DNA of 59,087 bases, the filler included, from Sphacelaria rigidula (taxonomy: Eukaryota), in the NCBI GenBank assembly GCA_964200075.2. It is 7 parts of 7 records of this genome, joined end to end, with 100 filler letters (N's around TTAATTAATTAA, not from the genome) between each part and the next. Parts side by side here need not be neighbours in the genome. Positions count along the whole stretch, not along the records: positions 25,368 to 33,722 come from CAXNAA020011410.1; positions 33,823 to 42,177 come from CAXNAA020011411.1; 5 more parts are not named here. One strand, given 5' to 3'. The notes below the pieces were generated by a model. That model was given only the letters and a program-made list of their open reading frames with translations, did no database searches and was not told where the DNA came from. A program made the position numbers and the translations under genes. Positions 26,480 through 38,089 of this stretch are shown one piece after another. Position 1 is the first letter of the stretch. Each line of letters opens with the position of its first letter.

Positions 26480-27204
26480 CAGGGATACCTGGCACCGAAT
26501 ACGGCCTCGCCCTCGTTTAAACGGGCGAGGAGAGGATCAGGTCACACAAAGAGTTGGGTGAATCTCAACCACTGGGCTCGACAACTGCGGTGCTACTGAC
26601 CACAGACGGTGCCACTAGAAACATCTCAAACAGGATCTGTCGATGTAAAGCCCTTGATACCTTTCCAACACAACGCTCCTTTTGTGGATCAGAAGTATCA
26701 TGCGTATTTTTAGGGGACCTTTCAAACGGTGAGGTTTGTGGTGAGGACCGCCGCACTCCCAAAACATATCTTCATTCAACATACTGTAAATACTTCCAAC
26801 CATGCGACTTTCGGTGACGTGGCAACCAGCAGCGTGGCCGCAGATTCTGTTCTATATATTTGCACAGATCGATTGTTGATTATACCGTTATTCGGTGGCT
26901 CTGCGGTGCCCACTGCTGTATATCTGTAACCACCCTGCTGCCCTGAATCCCTTGGGCTTTTTCCTCTTTTCTTTTTTTTCAGGTCTGCCATTCCTTTCTG
27001 TGCTTTGCTTTTGTTGACTTTCTTCTTCTTTTTTCACGTCTTAGTCTACTATGTCGTTCTGTTCGACTTTTTTCTCTTCTGTCCCTTCTTTTTTCAGCGA
27101 GTGTTTTCAGTTTTGTTTCCTTGAGTACGTCTATCATGAGACCAGGGCTGGACCCCGGGGGGATCAGTTGAAGTGCGACAATCAATCAACCAATCAATCA
27201 ATCA
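26480..27204 (+). mobile_element. Probable LINE 3' end with (CAAT)n tail
   Basis: Degenerate C-terminal knuckle-like remnant (VCGEDRRTPKHIF), pyrimidine-rich 3' UTR, then GGATCAGTTGAAGTGCGA followed by (CAAT)n at 27178-27204. Confidence 0.5.
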
Positions 27205-28406
27205 GTAATCCAGATTGAAACACTCATACGAGCACTAGTTGTTCGTATCCCCTCTTTGTACGGTCGACGGCTGAGAGTTCGTGCCTTGTAGTGCAGGCTT
27301 GAGATACCTGAGTCGCAAACTGCACCACGGTCTTAGTTCTAGTTCAGCCCCTTACCTGGTACTCTAATGAGGAGCTCTTGGGGGTTTGGTCGGGATTGTC
27401 ACTACTCATTGGCCTGGCGCTTATGTCATCATCGGCTTAAATTTCTTCCTCCTTTTTCCTTCTCCGTACTTTTTCTCGATTCTCCTTTTTCAATGGCACA
27501 TATTCATTTGCCTTCGGTACGTCGATCCTGCGACAGCGACTAGATCCGTGGTGGATCAGTTGATGTACGTTCATCAATTTATCGATGGTCAAGGAATATG
27601 ACACACGATTTTTCGCGGCGTTTAATTTATCGTGCGCACCGTCCAACAGGGATCCGCTGAGTGAGATATGAAAGCGGCGGCCTGAGAACGCCGAGGGTCA
27701 TATCATTTTACCCTGTACCCCTTCAACTTCGCATTACCCTCGTTCTTCCATCCCCGTTTGAACTTTCTCGGTTTAGCTCCTACCTTGATCGTTATCATGT
27801 CGTGAAGTTTTGGGATGCCGGCCGACTTGAACTTTTTGCATATGGCATGTTGAAGCACACGACTCGGAGGTCGTTCAACTGGGCCTTTAAAAATCCCCAC
27901 CCGTTGTTGCTCTTGTTTCCAGGCAGCATGTGCTACACAGCAGCGAAGCTGCACGTGTCGAGACTTTTGTGTCAACCCCCGTCCTTCATCACTTGTTGTT
28001 ATTTCGGTAGCGTTGACTGGCGGTGTCTCTGCTCCGTCAAGGTAAATTTTGTTCTTCAATCGCCCGCTACTTAGGGGTCAGGTATCATTCCCTAAGCATA
28101 CCGCATTTTTATTCCACAACGGATTTATATATTTGAAGTACTTCATCTTGCGTCAGTATCATGTGTTTCATCAATCAATCATCTTGAAATGGTGCCCTCC
28201 CACACCCCCCCCCCTCCCGCCTCCCTCCCCGCCCCCCCGAAATTCGGTGGAAAAGAGAATGTGATGAGTAATGTTGGCCCAGCTTCCTGATCACCTTGCG
28301 AATGGCGGGTCATCGAACAGCAGTTACAGTATTATGAGCTCAGTGTTTACTGAAACGTTTCCGCCCTCCCCCCCCCCCATGGCCACCGGCTCCCGGTGTT
28401 TTCTAG

Positions 28407-30412
28407 GTGTGCTCATTGCCTAGCGGACCCACGACAGGGTGGCGACGAGATGGTTTCTGTAATACAGATGAGTTCGACGGAGGGAGCCACTGCGTGTGCT
28501 CTGAGGTCACGCAAGAATTTCTCGAGTACACGGCGGCCCAGGTAATAGCAGAAGCTGTGGTCTTACAGTTGTAGCATTAATGGTGAAAGTGGGTGTATGG
28601 AGGTAAAAGATGTTTCCAGCTGTATTTTCTCGCCCATTTATTTTATCCCCTACAACCTATCTTGCGCTGAACATTTGATCTGGTTGCGAGTTATGCATAT
28701 GGTCCATCTTCACTGTCCTCAGCAAAGTATCTCCTCAGAATATTTTACACGCGTATGTAGCGGTCTGGCGTCGAGTTGTGCCCTTTTTCTCATCACTGCA
28801 AAATGTTGGAGGGCTTTTTACATAATTCCTCTCTCTTGTTTTTGCAGAAATATATATCACTGTGATTGACACAGGACGGTTTGAGCAAACGGTGGTGCGT
28901 ACGAATCCCCTAGACACGGGCGTCATATCGTCATGCTAACAATTCAGGGAGCAGCTGACCTTGAGTTGCTCCCGCCTATCTGACAATTCAATAGTGCTAC
29001 TGCAGCAGCAAAACCTCACCGTTCGCGTGGTCGGTTTCACGCGTTAGTTTCGAAAGTAGCCTCTGAAATATTGTCAAGCCCGCACAATCTGTTCTGGGAC
29101 ATGTCTTGTTGGTTTGCCGCGAGCACAGCACATACTGATGAAGCAAGGCGTACATCATTGAGTGGATGCAATCTGTAGCCTTGCAATGAAACCCGCCACT
29201 GCTTTTTTTGTCATCAGAGCCCGCATACCCGTGGCGTCCCTCTTAACATATCGTTCGTGCTTTGGGGGGGAAAAATGGCGCAATGACGACACAATGGCTC
29301 CTCCCTCCCTTTCCCCGGTGTGATTATTGAAAATGAAAGAAATTATCTCCCCTTCCAAGTACTTCCTTTTCACCTCTGAACACGAGATCTTACAAATTGG
29401 GGATGGATCTTTTATTGGGGATGAGACACCCGGAGATTTAAAATCTTCGTATCCATACCAAATCTTCGAAATATGGTTCCATATTTTCATGTACTGATAG
29501 CTATTGACAACTGCTGCAAGCCATAGAAATTCGGATTTCGATCGCCGAAACGTTGCGGTCCTAGGTAATTAACCAGTTTTGGAACCATTTTGGCGTCTGT
29601 TCGGCGACCCAGAATTCCCCCTTTTTTTCACCTAGGACCCCGACATTTCGGTTATCGAGATCCACATTTGTATAAATGAGTAGTAGTTATCAAAAGCCAT
29701 CAGGAGGTGAAGAAATGGAATCATATTTCAAAGATTTGGTGTGGATACAAAGATTTTAATCCTCCGGGTTTCTCATCCCCAATGAAAAATCCATCCCCAA
29801 TTTGTAAGATCCCGTGTTTCTGCAGTGATATTGACGGCTGTTTCGTTGGTTTTTAGTGTGCGGTGGCCTTCACCTCTACTTGCAGTTTGTGCCTTAGCGT
29901 GTGCCATGTGATGTGCTGGGGTCCCGTCCACCGCCAGAATTCCATCTTTGATCTGAGTAGATGTGTTTGTACTCAAATGAACGCTGAAGAGTTGTCGCAT
30001 GTTCGCCATTTAGACCCACTTTCCGCACTTTTACTCCGCGTCAAGTGTTTTTGAAAAATATCCGCATGTGCCTTTTCCAACACCTCACGCTTGTTGATCC
30101 CACCTTGCCCTTTTTAGTTTACCAACCGCTCTGTCTTCGCCTGACGCTGTGGGCACCGACCAAATGCAACAGGGAAACGACCTGTCCACACCTCGAGGCC
30201 AGTTTCCGGGTCTCAAGCCTGGGGACCGCTGGTGTCTCTGTTCGTCGCGTTGGCTGCAGGCCCAAAAATCGGGGAGGGCGCCCCCGGTCTTCTTGGAGAG
30301 CACGCACGAAAAAGCGTTGAACATCATCCCGTTGGAAGTGTTGTTGGAGCACAAATCGAGTCTTGAGCCCAATGTGGAGGCGAAGCCACCGTCGCGGTCT
30401 ACCGATCTTTGA
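28407..30412 (+). CDS. DUF2237 family protein, last two exons
   Basis: Exon 28407-28541 (ctag|GTG...CAG|gtaata) VCSLPSGPTTGWRRDGFCNTDEFDGGSHCVCSEVTQEFLEYTAAQ splices in phase 0 to exon 30173-30412 (aacag|GGA) GNDLSTPRGQFPGLKPGDRWCLCSSRWLQAQKSGRAPPVFLESTHEKAL. These are the DUF2237 signatures. First exon not located. Confidence 0.92.
29379..29818. mobile_element. Long-TIR foldback element with 4-bp TSD in the DUF2237 intron
   Basis: ~190-bp arms AACACGAGATCTTACAAATTGGGGATGGAT / ATCCATCCCCAATTTGTAAGATCCCGTGTT; TCTG at 29375-29378 and 29819-29822. Confidence 0.85.
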
Positions 30413-33400
30413 TGGGAAAGGTCGATTTTTCGTTGTTGTGCTTGCCCATGAAGTTAGTCGGATTCTCCGGCAAACTTAGCACTTTTGTTATGTGCTTTGT
30501 GCCCTTAGAGTGGGCTTGTCGCTGAGATTATAACGTTTTGCGTAGATCTCGAAGCGCCCTTGAGCACCTGCTGTAGTGCCCTCAACGTATTTGGCAGTTT
30601 CCCCCACAATTCTGTACACGTCGGGCCCCGCAAGATGGGCCAAAAATATCCACCCGGTCCGTCTGTCACCGTTTTTACGAGCGAGGGATCGAAGTTTACG
30701 GGGTGGACGCCCAGCGAGTGTTGAGCAATCGTCATCGGGTCGAAGGACGCCCAATATTCACGAAGGTTAGCCGACATTTACGTCAGAGAAGTGGTTCTTT
30801 GAACCCTCCCATGATAATCTCAAAGATGTTGCTGCGCGTCTACGCTTACAATATGCTGGTTTTGAAGCTCCTAGAAACGTGAGGAACTTCGCCACGTGTC
30901 GAGGCGGTGATGCTTGATCCGTCCGTAATCGCTCACGTTGACCACGTCTTGCGTCACCACTAGCAAAGGGATTTATTGCGCGGCGGAGGTTTGTATAGAA
31001 CGCAAAAAAAGGGCGACGTGCGTTCCTGAAGGGGGAATACTATGTTGGCTAGGTGCAGTTTTTTCTTTTTTTCTGTCGCAATCTCCCAAGGGTCGAGCCC
31101 ATCTCTTCCCCTTGTGCTTACCTTACAGTTTGTATCGCAAATTGGATTCAGCATTCACTCCCGTGCCGCGTGGAGTGACTCTAAGTAGACTTTATTTTCT
31201 GCTCACGTCCTCGTGCTTCCAATGCGGAAATCAGATGCTCCTCAAGAGAAGCGAAATGCATGTTCCCGCATTTAAACCCGCCTTCTCCCGCCATACCTGG
31301 TTTCGTTTTTACCATTTGGACCGCGGGTCGATAGCAATCCGGAAGTACGCGGGTGCAGACGATGGTGCGTCTTAATACGAGAAGCCGATCACTCTTGCTG
31401 CCTCATCAGTATGGCATTTAGATTTGGTCACTGGTGAGCCGAGGCGGAAGGGCGTCCCTAAATGAGTCAGAGCACAATTGACTTCCCAGGGGCAACCATA
31501 CTGCCTTCTTCTCTTGTCGATTTTTACAGTTCCAATTTCACAAAGTGAAGTTGGTTTCTGCTGCGGGTAAAAATTCGATTACCTGTTTTTTTGCGACTCC
31601 GTTTTTGCGTCAGGATTTCTACGACCTGATTCTTGCGATTTTGTTTTTGCTAGACTTTTTCAGTATAAAACCCTCATCATCGATTTCAATTTTTTGGGGA
31701 TAACTTCGTCAAACAGACACCAAACACATCCTGCTCCAAGGGGCCCCTGGACACATAGCAGTTGCCGCTGCCTACCTCGTATCATCCCCCAAATCGGAAG
31801 TCTTGAGTGAGAACCCCCAGCGTTCGGTGCCCATGTACGAAAAAGGATGATCTTCATCTGGTATCATGCTCCAAAACGTACCTGACAAGGGGACAACACC
31901 CCCGTACAAACAGTAGCAATGCCAGCAGATGCCACGTCCCGGCAGTCTGTGACAGTCTGGCGGCCGGCAAGGTGGTTATGGTAGTGTCCTTCTAGCGATG
32001 TCAACTTACAGTGCACTGGAGCAGAGCTTGCGGGTGAATATTTCGGCGATTGCGCCTGACCTGCAGTTGGTCCAGATGTTGCCGAATTTTGCTCGATGTT
32101 ACCGAGTAAAGTAAGATGCATGTACGAGTACAGGTGGAAACGTACCAAAATCTCCGTTACATCATAAGTCTAGATGTACCAGACCCTGCATTATATATGG
32201 AAATGTACGCAACCGTGGACAAACGATTTCTACAGTCAGTACAAACACCTTGTTGAGAATGTACTGCGCGAAGTCAGTGTGTTGTCGTCCCATCTATTCT
32301 GGCCGCCGGTCTCCACCTTTCGGTATATGTGGGCGCACCAGCCGCGGCTGTGTTACCATACAGCTTTGCCCAAGATACAGGCAGCCATCACAGCGGCGGA
32401 GGCGGCCTTCTACTCCTGCGTGCGCCACCTGGGGCAAACGCACGCTGTATCTGCAACATGGACAGCTTTACAAAATATGACGTGGCGACATACGGTATCG
32501 CGTGGCGTGATATTCTGTGTACACGTTTGCCACAGATACAGGCGGGTGCACTCATGACGTGGCGAACTGCATTGGACAACGCGAAATCAATCCAGGACAG
32601 GAATAGGCTAAGCATATAACGTCTTGCGATGTGCTTTGCCACCCTGCATCGTACCGCTGTGCAGGGAGCAGGTCGTACCGCAGAACGCATCACGCTGCGT
32701 TTGGTATGCACTGTCGGCTCCAGACTCGTAGGGTAACTAACCTCTGCATTGAATTGAATAAAACGCATTGGACTAAAATTACACTCGCGAAGCGCTTTAT
32801 TTTCGAGAAGCACGCGCGCTAGCGCGAGCGCGATTTCCCGTGTTGTCGACATCGTGTCAGCGCGCTTTTGCACTAGAGCGCTGCACTTGCCTATGGCAGC
32901 CCGTCATGGTATTTCTCCTCATGTTTCATCCCGCTTTATTCGAAAACACGCAAAAGAGATGCCAGCGAGTCCATCGTTGTTGCTCCTGGAGGTGTGGTGG
33001 ACCAGTTGTTTTTTACAGTACTCCCGCATGCTGCGTGTTGTACCAAATAGTACACCGTATCAGTTCAAAAACGGATATGCATTATATAAACGACACCGAC
33101 ATGCTCTAGTTATCATGAACTGTGTATAAGGCCGGATGTTATGGCAACAGATCTTTGGCCCGCAGATTTAGGAATCCTGGTGAAACAAATCCGCAGCAAA
33201 TTTGGTTTCGGGAACGATGTTATGGCAGCACACAGATTTTCATACCATACTGTTCTGATTTGTATACCTCCACCAGGGTTTCGAGTTTTATGTTTGGCGT
33301 GTTTCAACAGTTCACAGTCCCGTAGATGTCTCGTGAGCTGTGGCGTGCTGTAGTAATGTAGCGTCACTACTGCAGAGAGGTCATCACCACCCCACTAACC

Positions 33401-33822
33401 CCAGTGCCGGTTCTTTCGAGCACATAAGTAAGCGACCATGCCCCCCTACTTCTTGCTAAAGTTGAATCCTTCATCGAAGGATCGCAGAACTACTCGCCAG
33501 ACAACGACAGTGCGCATCACATGTCTACTCTCTCAACGTCTCTGCAATGGTTTTGCCAGGAGACCGACGAGCAAGGCGTGTCGTTTTTTGTCTCGTACGC
33601 GCGAAGCGGGCTTCATGGCGTGTCGGCTGCGGTGTGTGGTTTACTTCGTGCGTTATTGTTTGTATTCGACAGGATCACTCACAAAGGTGTAGCCAGCACG
33701 CCGGCACATCCAAGAAAAACGCNNNNNNNNNNNNNNNNNNNNNNNNNNNNNNNNNNNNNNNNNNNNTTAATTAATTAANNNNNNNNNNNNNNNNNNNNNN
33801 NNNNNNNNNNNNNNNNNNNNNN

Positions 33823-33968
33823 ATTCGCCGAACACACCACGGCGCTTCGCGCTTGGTGGTTTGCAAGCCTGGTCCGGCGAAAACCCGGCGTGCTCCGTCC
33901 TGGCATTGTAGGGATGCGAGGCCAATGGTCTTATGGCTATGGCATCGCATGATCATGAGTACACCCCG
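33823..33968 (-). repeat. Interspersed repeat family C copy
   Basis: Reverse complement GGGGTGTACTCATGATCATGCGATGCCATAGCCATAAGACCATTGGCCTCGCATCCCT matches 59030-59087 and 8321-8356. Confidence 0.85.
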
Positions 33969-34751
33969 ACTAACCATCCAACCATCCATCCCAAAACAAT
34001 ATTTTATTCATATATATATAAATATATATTGTCACCTCGCTTCGTGCTGTAAACCTACCTACCGTCAAGATCGTTTTTCGCACGCAACTCGTAAGGTTTT
34101 GTATGTTCCATCCAGGACGATTGCTTCATTTTGATTTCTGGCCATAGCTCTCGGGACAAAACGAGTTGTACACTGCAACAACAATATTCTTGACGGGGGG
34201 ATTGATCAACGTCATCGCCGCGTTTTTTTTCATGCAACATTTTGGCCGAAATCACCCCGAAATGTGTCATCTAAGCCTTGATCGGGATTATTTGACCCGA
34301 TTATTCACGAGGCGAATCCAAAACCCCGTGTTGGAAAACGTCGTTGCTTGTATGTCATATCACCATATATCCATCCAATGATTCAGACCAAAACAGCATG
34401 CAAACCATAACCGTGCCATGGTGCCTATTTGCCCCCAGACAGTGACGATACAAAATGTACGAAATTTCGTGGAATTTCGTTTTTGTCGGAAAAAGTAAAG
34501 ATTTCCACTCGAGGGATTGATGACAGGAAGCGTTCGCCCCACTCTATTTTGAAATCAACAGGTTGGTTATCGCATTAACATGCGAACAAAATGGCCTTCT
34601 GGATCTGCGCTTCCCTCAATAGCTTCGTCATTTTACTCTTTCGAAAATCTGAAGGAAAAGGGAAAAGGCTAGGGCGGATTCCGCGAGCTGTCCAAACCCG
34701 ATGTCAATTTTTTCATCCGAAAAGTACAATATTTTTCAACTTTTGGACGTA

Positions 34752-35204
34752 AGGCCGAATGTTATGACAAACATATTTTTGGCCCACAGATTGTTGACTT
34801 TTAGGACATTTGACCCACCCTTTGGCCCCCAAACGGGGAAATTCGCCAACGCACGTCTCGGACACTTTGTATCACCCCACAAAGAGGAGCCTTGTCTGCT
34901 TTTCAGATTCGCTCGGCTCTGAGGTTTCGAGATTGGCCGCTGAACAATAGTTCGTGTGCAAAAATATGTGGTTGCCGACCCCCGCCAGTTTGCCCAGTAA
35001 TCTGTGGAGATCGCCGTAGATTTTGCGCACACGGATTATTGTTCAGCGACCGCTCTCGAAACGTTGGAGTCAAGCGAATCTGAAAAGTGGCTCCAAGACT
35101 TGTGTTGGCGATTTTCCCTGTCTGGGGCTCAAAAAGTGGCTCCAACGTCCCAAGAGTGAACAATTCGTGGACCAAAAATCTGTGTGCTATTACATCTGGC
35201 CTAA
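34752..35204. repeat. ~450-bp degenerate palindrome (foldback)
   Basis: Arms pair across a centre near 34990: TTTTCAGATTCGCT/AGCGAATCTGAAAA, CGCTGAACAATA/TATTGTTCAGCG, TCGCCAAC/GTTGGCGA. Confidence 0.8.
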
Positions 35205-36088
35205 GACCCACTTTTATGGCAACGAATCTCGATTTTTTTGGGATCCCGATTTTGAAAATACCGGGGGGACGCAAATTCGTGGACTCAAAATCGGGGTGAT
35301 TGTTTTATGGTACAGACGGTACGAGTACAGTTTCACAGATTTATGAAACGGTTCTGTACATGGACGGTCATCTTCTGCATGGGCGTGGTACTGCGTACTC
35401 GTGCATGAAGCCGAAGAGCAGGCAGGCGGTAAACAATCCTCCGAGTACACTGTCGTACCCTGGTAACCTAGGGTAATACAGTGCAGGGCACTACATCATC
35501 AGTACAGTACACGATAATGCCGTGTGGTGGTACATGATGGCACAGCCGGTATTGCGAGAACAGACAACAAATAGTGCGCTAGCAGAGTTCAGTAGTGCAG
35601 TGCCGTACATCACCCCTCAAGTACAGCGACAACAGCTAGGAGAGTACAGTAGCGTTCGTTATAGTGATACATATCGCAGCGCAGCGAGGCCTACAATATT
35701 ACCATCGCCGCAGGGTACGGCGTCATCACATAGTATCCGCTTGTCAAACCCCGTGCGAAGTTGCTTGAGCAGCTGGGGCGGGCAGTAGACACGCCCTTTG
35801 CTGTCACGAGACTGTCTTCTGCTGCCGCTGCAAAAATATCAAACGCCTCGTACTCTGGCATTGTACATCAATGCACGTACTTCACCTCACAAAAATCGGG
35901 GGGAGCCACGATCTTGCAACAATACCCCCCAATTTTCCGAAAAATCGGGGGAAGTCGTTCCGAGATCGTGACTCCCCGTTTTTTTCGCCCCCGATTTGGT
36001 CCAAATTCATGTCCATAAAATGCATTCCCCTATTTTTTCTCCCCGATTTTGAAAAAACCGAGATTCGTGCTTGCCATAAAAGTGGATC
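35205..36088. mobile_element. PIF/Harbinger (Tourist-like) non-autonomous element
   Basis: TIRs GACCCACTTTTATGGCAA / TTGCCATAAAAGTGGATC with TAA on both sides (35202-35204, 36089-36091); subterminal AAAATCGGGG repeats. Confidence 0.88.
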
Positions 36089-38089
36089 TAAGGAGAAGAG
36101 GAACAACAAAAAACACTCTCGACATATTTCTCCGCGTGGACTGTGTTTAACGGTATGTTTGATTGCGGAACGATCACCCCCAGTCCGAGAACACGTGCCT
36201 ACATGGTGTGTGACAAAATGAGGGAATTGATCTGGACAGACCATACGGTTGTTTTTCTGTGCAATAAGCCCAAGCTGTGGAAAATGAGTCAAGGCTTTGG
36301 GTTTTTTTTTCACCAAAAGCGTGAAAATTGTGGTTGCCCGGCTATTCACTGTTGCTTCGTTGGTGTGGTGGCCTGGTGCCTCTCAACCCCTGATGTTCTG
36401 ATAGCCTACTCTGCAACGCGTAAATAGCGACAATTCGATGTTTTCTTGCCTGGTGAACTTGTCAAGACCGGCGATGAAATTCATCAAAATTCACCGACCG
36501 GTTCACGTTTGCACTTGACGCTGTAGCCGTCGTGGTAGTCTGTCATGGGTAGTGCAAATCCTTCGTGTTGTGGATGATCAACATCATCACAGGTTCATGA
36601 CAGCTGCAATCGGTTGTACACAACGATATGATAATCAGGTGGTGTGCCACAGTATGAATACCTTGTTTATTCATCGAAAAATCCGTTCAGAAGGGAACTC
36701 GAATGCGCAAGGTTCAACGTGCCCGCCACCGCGGCACATGGTACCACGTCGCCCCCCGATTGGAGAGGAGAGTCATGCGTGCTGTGGGTACCTGAAACGT
36801 GTGGATTGATTGTGATCGTCACCGGTGACCATGCTTGCAGAGTATTCTACTTGTACAAGTTTGCGTAAGTTCAAGATGTTTCAGCAAAAAACATCTCGAC
36901 ATCGCGACACTTAGTTCACAAACATTTTTTTGAAGTAGATCACCACCAATTCGACAGCACCGATCACCTCACCACCCGCAGGACGCACTAGGGGACATGA
37001 ACGATGATCTTCTGCCAGCAGTTCAAGTCCTCAGCAACTGCCCACAGCAACGCCACGAGCACCGCATTGACCGCACACATTGACCTCCCCGTTTCCGCTT
37101 TGGGATGAATAGGAAGCGTTATGTGGCCTCCTCTATCGCAAGGCGGGCATGCATGACGGTAAAATGCGGAAGGACATCCTGTTTTCCGACTTTGTACTGA
37201 GGGAGAGCGCGAGACAGGTGAGACGAGTGATGTCGTCCCTCACGAACTCACGAACATGTTGATCTACGTCTTGCGGGCGACCGGACGGGCTGGGCCGTGT
37301 ATCGTACCCCGCTATTATCCTCAACGCTTCCATCTGTAAGCTGTCGTCGTTTGGGCAGCTCGACGTTTGGATTACCCCTGAGACATGTGGTAAACGCTAC
37401 GTTTTTCCGGCTCGCAGGTGATGGAGATTGTTTGCGATTGCGCAAACGCGCGTGTGGCGGGGAAGGGACATCTAGGTACCAAAATCCTGGATGGCTCCGA
37501 CCCTGTAGAGCAAGCAGAGAAGATTGCTCAGGTGAAGCGATGTACACAGTGTTATGTGGTCACAGTAATTTTGGTCGGATGGGTCGATATCAGCGTGCGG
37601 AGTCATCACAGTGGACAGCGACCGCGTCAATCAGGTTGTCCCTACACACTGGATTGATGGGAGCCAGTTCGTGTTGTACAGACTGTATCGACGGAGTGTA
37701 GACGGGAATATCCAAGATACTCAAGTGACGGCTCTGGTCAGGTAACTTTAAACTGGCCGCGCCACCGACCAGAATCGATGTTCTCCCAGTTAATTGGCGT
37801 CGCCGATTCACTGGCAAGCATCGACGGCGAGCGGTGAAGCCACGAGCCCCAGCACCCCCCCCCCCCCCTCTCCGGTGTTGAACTTGTCTTCAGGCTACGA
37901 GCCTGTATTGGAGGCATTATTCAGTGTCGGTGAGCCAACTAAAGAACTAAAAGGCACTAGACCCTCAGTAAGTACTATGATTAGCATGTCCCAGTACGTT
38001 GACTACATCCCACCAATACACGAAATGAACAAGCTGGAGATTCTCCCGGAGGAAGTTGAGAGAGACGGTAAGGAAGGGCGGATGGAGGA

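Noticed and set aside
30488..33360. Possible additional gene or IQ-like pseudogene downstream of DUF2237
   Set aside because: Short ORFs in several frames, no recognisable domain and no consistent splice chain.
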